Source: an uncultured Bacillota bacterium
Lineage (GTDB): Bacteria; Bacillota_I; Bacilli_A; RF39; UBA660
Reading direction: 5' to 3'
DNA: 34,795 nt
Assembly (NCBI GenBank): GCA_947165195.1
Contig: CAMUZJ010000003.1
Span: forward strand, 1 to 34,795
Of the stretch, positions 28,591-34,795 are shown piece after piece (the stretch's first letter is position 1; every line of letters starts with the position of its first letter). Both the position numbers and the translations under genes were made by a program. The notes below the pieces were generated by a model. The model was not told the DNA's origin and did not search any database. It saw nothing but the letters and a program-made list of their open reading frames with translations.

Positions 28591-28665
28591 TTATAATATT
28601 TAATGTCAAAAAGAATTTTATTGTTAAATCCAAATTGGCTATTAGACTGATTCTTATATTTTTGC

Positions 28666-28702
28666 AAAAAAAATCGTTGATATATACGATATATACAACG
28701 AC
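28666..28702 (-). terminator. Terminator after tRNA-Ser
   Basis: TCGTTGTATATA-TCG-TATATATCAACGA-TTTTTTT on the minus strand. Confidence 0.75.
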
Positions 28703-28712
28703 AAAATTCAAA

Positions 28713-28803
28713 TGGCGGAGTAGGAGAGATTCGAACTCTCGCGTCAGTTGCCCGACCTACACCCTTAGCAGGGGCGCCTCTTCGGCCTCTTGAGTACTAC
28801 TCC
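28713..28803 (-). tRNA. tRNA-Ser(GCT)
   Basis: GGAGTAG acceptor stem, anticodon arm CGCCC-CTGCTAA-GGGTG, long variable arm, GTTCGAATC T-loop and encoded CCA. Confidence 0.96.
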
Positions 28804-28823
28804 AATTGACTTCCGCATATATA

Positions 28824-28852
28824 ATGTTACAGTAAATTAATGTAAATGTCAA
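28824..28852 (-). promoter_or_regulatory. SigA promoter of tRNA-Ser
   Basis: TTGACA-17 bp-TAACAT. Confidence 0.7.
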
Positions 28853-28910
28853 CAAAAAGTATAGGTAGTTATAATATTTTGTGTAACTATTCACAGCCTA
28901 CAGCCTATGA

Positions 28911-28938
28911 AATAAAAAACCTTGACTAACAAGGTTTA
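28911..28938 (-). terminator. Terminator after the tRNA Ile-Asn-Glu operon
   Basis: AAACCTTG-TTAGT-CAAGGTTT-TTTATTT on the minus strand. Confidence 0.7.
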
Positions 28939-28947
28939 AAATCTAAT

Positions 28948-29024
28948 TGGTGACGAGTACGGAATTCGAATCCGTGAGTGCTGCCGTGAAAGGGCAGTGT
29001 GTTAAGCCGCTTCACCAACTCGCC
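28948..29024 (-). tRNA. tRNA-Glu(TTC)
   Basis: Anticodon arm CTGCC-CTTTCAC-GGCAG, TTCGAAT T-loop and CCA end. Confidence 0.96.
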
Positions 29025-29028
29025 ATAA

Positions 29029-29105
29029 TGGCGCCCCAACTAGGACTTGAACCTAGGACCCCTTGATTAACAGTCAAGTGCTCTAACCAACTGAGCTATT
29101 GAGGC
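29029..29105 (-). tRNA. tRNA-Asn(GTT)
   Basis: Anticodon arm CTTGA-CTGTTAA-TCAAG, GGTTCAAGTCC and CCA end. Confidence 0.96.
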
Positions 29106-29109
29106 ATAC

Positions 29110-29186
<77 letters not shown>

Positions 29187-29206
29187 GTACAAACAAGTAC
29201 TTCTTA

Positions 29207-29235
29207 AGTTTACACTATTTTTTTTTATTTTGCAA
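29207..29235 (-). promoter_or_regulatory. SigA promoter of the tRNA Ile-Asn-Glu operon
   Basis: TTGCAA-17 bp-TAAACT. A second candidate, TTGACT-18 bp-TATTCT, lies at about 29288-29317. Confidence 0.65.
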
Positions 29236-29527
29236 GAGAAAATTTATTTTTTTAATTTATTTGTTGTTCTTTCTCAATTGCAAATATAGAATACTATAAA
29301 ATATATGTTAAAGTCAAGTCATTTTTATAATTTTTATTTTTTTTATTCATTCTAATAATATAAGATAATATAATATTTAGCACTTATTATTAATAATTAA
29401 ATTACTAACCTTTCAAAATTATAATACAACATAAATAGGTATTCATAACTAATAATTTTCTTTTATATTAAATTTACGGTTTTAATACTAAAAACTACTA
29501 ATTTATATATAAATTTAAAAAAATCTC

Positions 29528-29556
29528 TTGAAAATATTTTCTTTTTGATATAGAAT
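29528..29556 (+). promoter_or_regulatory. SigA promoter of tRNA-Lys
   Basis: TTGAAA-17 bp-TAGAAT. Confidence 0.7.
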
Positions 29557-29575
29557 AAATATGCAGTTTGTGAAT

Positions 29576-29651
29576 GGGCTGTTAGCTCAGTTGGTAGAGC
29601 AACTGACTCTTAATCAGTGGGTCTAGGGTTCGAATCCCTAACAGCCCACCA
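29576..29651 (+). tRNA. tRNA-Lys(CTT)
   Basis: GGGCTGT acceptor stem, anticodon arm ACTGA-CTCTTAA-TCAGT, GGTTCGAATCC and CCA end. Confidence 0.96.
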
Positions 29652-29660
29652 TTTATAATT

Positions 29661-29691
29661 GTGTCTAAGGCATCGTTAGATGCTTTTTTTT
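29661..29691 (+). terminator. Terminator after tRNA-Lys
   Basis: GTGTCTAA...TTAGATGC (or GCATC-GTTA-GATGC) followed by a T run. Confidence 0.7.
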
Positions 29692-29727
29692 GTTGTATGT
29701 GCGTAAATATTATAGATATATACTTAT

Positions 29728-29766
29728 AAAAAGGAGCTATAAAAATTTTTATAACTCCCCTTTTTT
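29728..29766. terminator. Terminator after ddl (possibly bidirectional)
   Basis: GGAGCTATAAAAA / TTTTTATAACTCC inverted repeat flanked by A/T runs. Confidence 0.65.
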
Positions 29767-29779
29767 ATATATAATATAT

Positions 29780-30997
29780 TTATCTTAATTTTTCTTTAAA
29801 TCCTTTTGAACCTCCATTAGCAGAAAAACCTTGTAATATATTACTTTCAAAAGAATATGTTTTACTCATTCGTTTCTTATAGTTCTTTATTCCTATTTGT
29901 ATCATATTATCTAACATAGTTGCAAAATCTAGCCCCTTGGCATCCCATAAATAGAAAGCTAAGCTACCTGGGATTGAATTAATTTCATTTATATAAACTT
30001 TTTGACTCTTTTTATCTATTAAAAAGTCTATTCGTGAATTACCTGAACATCCTAAGGATTTAAAAGCTAAAACAGCTATATTTTCTATTTCCTTTCTAGT
30101 ATTTTCTGATAATTCAGCTGGTAATTTTCGACTAGTAGATGCCATTCCTTTTGAAGAAGTAACTTTAAGTTTTTTTGCTCCTTTAATTTTACCTTTTCCA
30201 TCCCCAATATATTTATCACCAAAAGTTAAAAATTTATTTGCAGATATTACTTCTTCTATCTCACTTAATTTTTGATGCTCATAATTTCCCATAACAGCAA
30301 TATTTACTTCCATTAGGTTTTCTACAACTTCCTCAATAACGATTTTCTTATCATATTGTATAGCATCATCAATACCTTTTATTAATTTTTCTTCATCTTC
30401 ACATACACTTATTCCGACAGAAGATCCTGTACATGCAGGTTTAACTATGACAGGATAATTTAATTTTGAAACTTTTTCTAATATTTTAGTAGGATCATTT
30501 CTATAATCACTATCATAAAACCACACATATTTAGTTATTGGAAGATTAGAATTTGTCCAAATATTTTTCATAAATACTTTATCTTGCCCAACAACAGATG
30601 CATAAACATCACTTCCTACAAAAGGAATTCCTATGGATTGTAAATACCCCTGCAAAACTCCATCCTCTACATTGGTACCATGTACAATTGGGAAGGCAAT
30701 ATCTATTTCTTTTACAACAGATTTAAGTATTCCCTTTTTATTTTGTAAAATAAAATTACCATCTTTATTGTAAAGAACAACATTTTTACAATATTTTTTT
30801 ATTAATCCAAAATCTTGATAAACTTCAATATCTTTTAATAAATCCCCAGTATACCATTCACGATTTTTTGTAATATATATCGGTATAACCTCATATTTTT
30901 CTAAATCCATTTTATTCATAGCTTGAATAGCAGAAATTATACTAACTTCATGCTCTACTGATTCTCCACCAAAAATAACCCCAACTTTAATTTTCAT
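29780..30997 (-). CDS. ddl: D-alanine--D-alanine ligase family protein
   Basis: FGGESVEHEVS, HGTNVEDGVLQG, VKPACTGSSVGI, SRIDF and INEINSIPGS. Start at ATG 30997 after AGGAGTG. Confidence 0.9.
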   Translation of the reverse strand: MKIKVGVIFGGESVEHEVSIISAIQAMNKMDLEKYEVIPIYITKNREWYTGDLLKDIEVYQDFGLIKKYCKNVVLYNKDGNFILQNKKGILKSVVKEIDIAFPIVHGTNVEDGVLQGYLQSIGIPFVGSDVYASVVGQDKVFMKNIWTNSNLPITKYVWFYDSDYRNDPTKILEKVSKLNYPVIVKPACTGSSVGISVCEDEEKLIKGIDDAIQYDKKIVIEEVVENLMEVNIAVMGNYEHQKLSEIEEVISANKFLTFGDKYIGDGKGKIKGAKKLKVTSSKGMASTSRKLPAELSENTRKEIENIAVLAFKSLGCSGNSRIDFLIDKKSQKVYINEINSIPGSLAFYLWDAKGLDFATMLDNMIQIGIKNYKKRMSKTYSFESNILQGFSANGGSKGFKEKLR

Positions 30998-31008
30998 AAA
31001 AATCACTC

Positions 31009-32622
31009 CTATTCATTATATGTATCCGGTAAATCATTTTCAAATAATGCATAAACTTCCTGTTTTTGAGACAAATTTCCTATAAATGGGTAAGCCTCTC
31101 TAACATCATTAAATACAACTATTTTTTCTTTAGCAAATCCCTTTTCTAATAATCCTTCATATATTGGTTTTGTTCTATTTCTACCTATCAGTACTGCATA
31201 ATCAACTTTTGCTATTTCAGCAATCTGATTACCAAAAATTTTATTATATTCATATTCCTTGTTACCTAATTCAATCATCCCAGGAGTAACTATTACTTTC
31301 ATACCTGGCATCATACCTAAAACTTTACATGCATTTTTAGCACCAACTGGATTAGAATTATAGGCATCGTCAATCTGATAGAAATTCCCCAATCTTTTTA
31401 GCTCTAACCTATGTTCTACTGCTTTTACTTCTCGAACAGCCCTAATCAAATCATCAATTTCAATACCAAATTCTATACCGCAAGCTATGCCAGCTAATAT
31501 ATTATATACGTTGTGATCCCCAAGCAATTTGGTAGTAAATGTATATTTTTCAGTCATTCCTTTTATTATTACATCAAAAGTAGTTCCTTGATTAGAGCAT
31601 TTAATATTTGTAGCTCTGACATCTACATTTTCATTATTGATACCTATCCAAATAGTTCGAACCTTATTCTTTAGTTTATATCTAACTTGTTTTGAATCAT
31701 CACCATTTAAAATTGCAAAACCATCTTCAGGTAAAGATTCAATAAGTTCAAACTTTCCATCAATAATATTTTGTTCGCTACCAAACGATTCTAAATGAGC
31801 TGTTCCTATTGTTGTCAATATACCGTATTGTGGATGTACTAACTTACATAATCCTTTTATTTCTCCTTTTACATAAGCTCCCATCTCTGCTATAAATATA
31901 TCTGTAAACTTATCCATATAATTATTTACGGTCATAATTAAACCATTGTATGTATTAAGGTTCTTTGGGGTTGGTAATGCATTATATTTTACATTTAATA
32001 TATCGCCTAATATATTTTTACTGCTTGTTTTTCCATAGCTTCCAGTTATTCCTATTATTTTTAAATTACTCATTGATTTCAATTTACTTTGAGCCATTCT
32101 TTTAAAATGGAGATAAACACATCTTTCTATTGGAAAATTCATAATATTTGCAATAAAAACAATAATATTGTTAAACCAAATCATTGCACTAAGTGTTAAA
32201 AGTAAAGTCCATGTTAATTGAACATTGTTACTAAATATTAAAAATACAGTTGGAATGATATATAGTATTGAAATGGTAAAAATTAATCTTTTTATCCTTG
32301 CTGTTATAACAAGAGGCTTTTTATTTTGATCATTTTTTAAGCGGATTTTCCATTTTAAACTTAAAATTAAAGCAATTACTGCAAGTAAAATCATACTAAT
32401 TTTCGATATAATTTCTGTATCATAAATTACATATGTTCCAAAAATACTGATACACATAATAGCTAAATCCAAGTCAAAAAACAGTTTATAGTTTTGATTA
32501 ATCCATTTTAAATATCTATTATTTTCATTATATAAGTTTTGCTGTAGCATATGTAAATTTCTTTTGCATTTATAATAAGTCAAAAAAAAGTAGCTAATTA
32601 TGATTAATAAAATATATATCAT
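31009..32622 (-). CDS. murF: MurF-like Mur ligase with an N-terminal multi-TM membrane domain
   Basis: GITGSYGKTS, NLNTYNG, EMGA, HLESFG, DDAYNSNP and PGMIELG. The first ~165 aa carry about 4-5 TM helices plus HMLQQNLY and KKPLVITAR; the protein ends ENDLPD. Confidence 0.8.
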   Translation of the reverse strand: MIYILLIIISYFFLTYYKCKRNLHMLQQNLYNENNRYLKWINQNYKLFFDLDLAIMCISIFGTYVIYDTEIISKISMILLAVIALILSLKWKIRLKNDQNKKPLVITARIKRLIFTISILYIIPTVFLIFSNNVQLTWTLLLTLSAMIWFNNIIVFIANIMNFPIERCVYLHFKRMAQSKLKSMSNLKIIGITGSYGKTSSKNILGDILNVKYNALPTPKNLNTYNGLIMTVNNYMDKFTDIFIAEMGAYVKGEIKGLCKLVHPQYGILTTIGTAHLESFGSEQNIIDGKFELIESLPEDGFAILNGDDSKQVRYKLKNKVRTIWIGINNENVDVRATNIKCSNQGTTFDVIIKGMTEKYTFTTKLLGDHNVYNILAGIACGIEFGIEIDDLIRAVREVKAVEHRLELKRLGNFYQIDDAYNSNPVGAKNACKVLGMMPGMKVIVTPGMIELGNKEYEYNKIFGNQIAEIAKVDYAVLIGRNRTKPIYEGLLEKGFAKEKIVVFNDVREAYPFIGNLSQKQEVYALFENDLPDTYNE

Positions 32623-32634
32623 ATATAAATCCTC

Positions 32635-33354
32635 CTATAAAAAGTTATCCAAGATACTTATTACGCGATTTAAATTTTCTATATAAGCATAATGTGTTCC
32701 TTTCAATGTTATCAATGCAGCATCAGGCATTATTTTTTCAAGTAAAGAAGCTTCTGATATAGGGGCTTCAGTATCATTTTCTCCCCAAATTAACAAAGTA
32801 GGCTCCTCTATTTTTTTTGCATATTCAGATAAATCTTCATTAACTACATTAACTAATGTTTGACGCATTATTGGGCTAGCAGCCTTATAATCTCTAGATC
32901 CTATATACCTTTTCATATAATCTCCAAAATTATTTAAAAATGGCATCTTTTTAATTGTTTTTAACACTTTAACATGTAATGGCAATTTTTTTTGAATTCT
33001 AATACAAGGAGCTCCAAATAATACAACTTTTTCTACTGGATGATTAGCAGAATAACGAATAGCTAGTCTTCCACCAAAAGAATGTCCTATTATTATTGGT
33101 TTTTCTATGCCAACCAGTTGATTAAATTCTTCTAAAAAATCTGAATACCTTGTCATATCCCAGGCTATTTTTGGCTCTCCACTACTACCAAATCCAGGTA
33201 AATCTAGTATAGTTATTCTGTATCTGTTAGCAAATGGATCTCCTAGCATCCTCATCATTTCAATATTCTGTCCCCATCCATGTAATAATAAAATATCTTT
33301 CCCTTCCCCATATTGTATGTAATTAATATCAACATTTTTAACTTTTATTTTCAA
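32635..33354 (-). CDS. Alpha/beta-fold hydrolase
   Basis: LLHGWG, DLPGFG, nucleophile GHSFGG, IWGEND and GTHY. The start is probably TTG 33354 after GGTG; the ORF track uses 33366. Confidence 0.9.
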   Translation of the reverse strand: MKIKVKNVDINYIQYGEGKDILLLHGWGQNIEMMRMLGDPFANRYRITILDLPGFGSSGEPKIAWDMTRYSDFLEEFNQLVGIEKPIIIGHSFGGRLAIRYSANHPVEKVVLFGAPCIRIQKKLPLHVKVLKTIKKMPFLNNFGDYMKRYIGSRDYKAASPIMRQTLVNVVNEDLSEYAKKIEEPTLLIWGENDTEAPISEASLLEKIMPDAALITLKGTHYAYIENLNRVISILDNFL

Positions 33355-33743
33355 TTCTATCACCACACTTTGATTATAACATATTTATTTTCTTTTCATA
33401 TATATAATAAACTGAATAAAATAAGAAAATATACATATTAATTATCTTTAATGTAAAATATTGTAAAAATCATCTTTATCCATATATTCTAAATAAACAT
33501 AGAAAATATTTTTTTATTTTGAAGTTCTCCCATTATGATTATAAACCTTGCAACTTTACTCAATTAATTTTTTTTGAACTTACGATACATCTTTATTATT
33601 GTAGCCAAATCTATTATAGCCCATATACCCATTTTTTTTGAATACTTCTATTTTTTCTTAAATAAACTTTTTATTAAAGTTATCACTAATTTTATTTTGT
33701 AATTTTAATTTAACATTGAATAATAAAATTAGGGGGTGATAAA

Positions 33744-34484
33744 ATGAATGGATATCAAAATGAGATAGACTTTGTCAATTGTTTAAATAGAAAGTATGTC
33801 AGTCAATTAAGCAATAATATGAAAGATTTTTTATATGACTTATTTGATAATTTAAATGATAGTGATTATATCATTTGCTGGAAAAACAGTATTAATCAAA
33901 AGTCTGATATTTTTATTAAGATAAATAAATACGTAAAAGGTGTCAGTCTGAAATTAGGTCATGATAATTCAGTTCATAGTGAATCTATTCAAAATTTTAA
34001 AATATTTTTGGAAGATTTAGAAATTCCTTATAAAGTTATTAACTACTATATAAATTATCATTATGGTATAAAAAAAGAAAATGATAAAGTTATTGGAAAG
34101 TATACTGCTGAGGAATACAAAAAAAGTCATATAGAAGAGTTACGAATTCTAAACAAATATCTTAATAGGACGAAAGGAATAATATCAAGTGTTGATAGAT
34201 TTTTAGTAAAAAGTGCTAATAGTAGATATGATATATCAGCTATTGTAAGTGGAAATCCAAATAATTTCACATGGATAAAAAAAGACGATTTATATGATTT
34301 AGTATTGTCTCATCAAAGCGATTATACCACTACACCACATATTGGTAATTTAATAATTCAACCTAAAATTAGAAATTTATCAGGTAACTGCAAAAATCCT
34401 AAAGATATTTTTATTGTGCAAATTAAGTGGTATTTAGTATTTGAAGATATTGAAAATTTTAAAAAAAGAAGAAATTATAGTTAA
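33744..34484 (+). CDS. PD-(D/E)xK nuclease, type II restriction endonuclease-like
   Basis: NGYQNE helix, KSDIFI..GVSLK catalytic-core pattern and C-terminal IIQ...VQIK, reminiscent of HinP1I/MspI-like enzymes. GGGGGTG RBS. Confidence 0.65.
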   Translation: MNGYQNEIDFVNCLNRKYVSQLSNNMKDFLYDLFDNLNDSDYIICWKNSINQKSDIFIKINKYVKGVSLKLGHDNSVHSESIQNFKIFLEDLEIPYKVINYYINYHYGIKKENDKVIGKYTAEEYKKSHIEELRILNKYLNRTKGIISSVDRFLVKSANSRYDISAIVSGNPNNFTWIKKDDLYDLVLSHQSDYTTTPHIGNLIIQPKIRNLSGNCKNPKDIFIVQIKWYLVFEDIENFKKRRNYS

Positions 34485-34572
34485 AAAGAGTATTAATAAA
34501 TTGATGAAAAATTATAATTCAATTTATTTATAACTCTTTTTTGCTTTTTTATAAAATGGAAAATTTATAAAC

Positions 34573-34599
34573 AAAAAAAATCTATCTTTCGATAGAATT
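34573..34599 (-). terminator. Terminator after the tRNA Cys-Gly operon
   Basis: TCTATC-GAAA-GATAGA-TTTTTTTT, with a GNRA tetraloop. Confidence 0.8.
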
Positions 34600-34639
34600 A
34601 TATGCCAAACTCGGTAATGGTTCCGAGCAGATTCCTCAA

Positions 34640-34714
34640 TGGAGCGAACGAGGGGAATCGAACCCCCATCGCAGCCTTGGCAAGGCCGCATTCTAACCAT
34701 TAAACCACATTCGC
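34640..34714 (-). tRNA. tRNA-Gly(GCC)
   Basis: GCGAATG acceptor stem, anticodon arm CGGCC-TTGCCAA-GGCTG, GGTTCGATTCC and TCCA end. Confidence 0.96.
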
Positions 34715-34741
34715 ATAAATTGATAAACATAAATAAAATAA

Positions 34742-34795
34742 TGGAGGGGCCTAACGGATTTGAACCGATGATCAGGGTGTTGCAGACCCACGCCT
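34742..34795 (-). tRNA. tRNA-Cys(GCA), 5' part outside the window
   Basis: GGGT-CTGCAAC-ACCC anticodon arm, GGTTCAAATCC and TCCA end. Confidence 0.9.

Noticed and set aside
29240-29520. Very AT-rich intergenic stretch as an origin or repeat array
   Set aside because: No clustered DnaA boxes or periodic repeats seen; explained by divergent tRNA promoters.
29780-30997. Ddl as a vancomycin-resistance D-Ala-D-Lac ligase
   Set aside because: The omega loop appears to keep K-Y (GDKY), and no vanH/vanX/vanRS genes are present.
34524-34730. 68-aa minus-strand ORF
   Set aside because: It overlaps tRNA-Gly and its terminator, so it is spurious.

Overview
Chromosomal window from a very AT-rich bacterium using genetic code 11, with Bacillota-type signals: a T-box riboswitch, SigA-like TTGACA/TATAAT promoters and GGAGG ribosome-binding sites. 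Gene content suggests a reduced-genome gut Bacilli lineage such as RF39/UBA660 (inference). Most genes lie on the minus strand. Core genes are ileS under an Ile T-box, sepF, pgi, an RluA-family synthase, ddl, a murF-like ligase and seven tRNAs (one truncated). The most notable items are: (1) a 2551-aa cyclic beta-1,2-glucan synthase (GT84 + cyclisation domain + GH94) in an apparent monoderm; (2) a type-2 IleRS whose HIGH motif is the non-canonical GIHH linked to mupirocin hyper-resistance; (3) a Ca/cation antiporter inserted between the Ile T-box and ileS; (4) a stand-alone HerA-like ATPase preceded by an attenuator-like set of alternative hairpins; (5) two related PP2C phosphatases with no kinase in the window, one degenerate and fused to an unknown domain; (6) a degenerate HAD enzyme coupled to a PAP2 phosphatase; (7) a hydrolase / membrane MurF / Ddl operon; (8) an orphan restriction-endonuclease-like gene next to tRNA-Gly. 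No CRISPR array, prophage or intact IS element was seen. All calls come from motif reading by eye; no searches were run.
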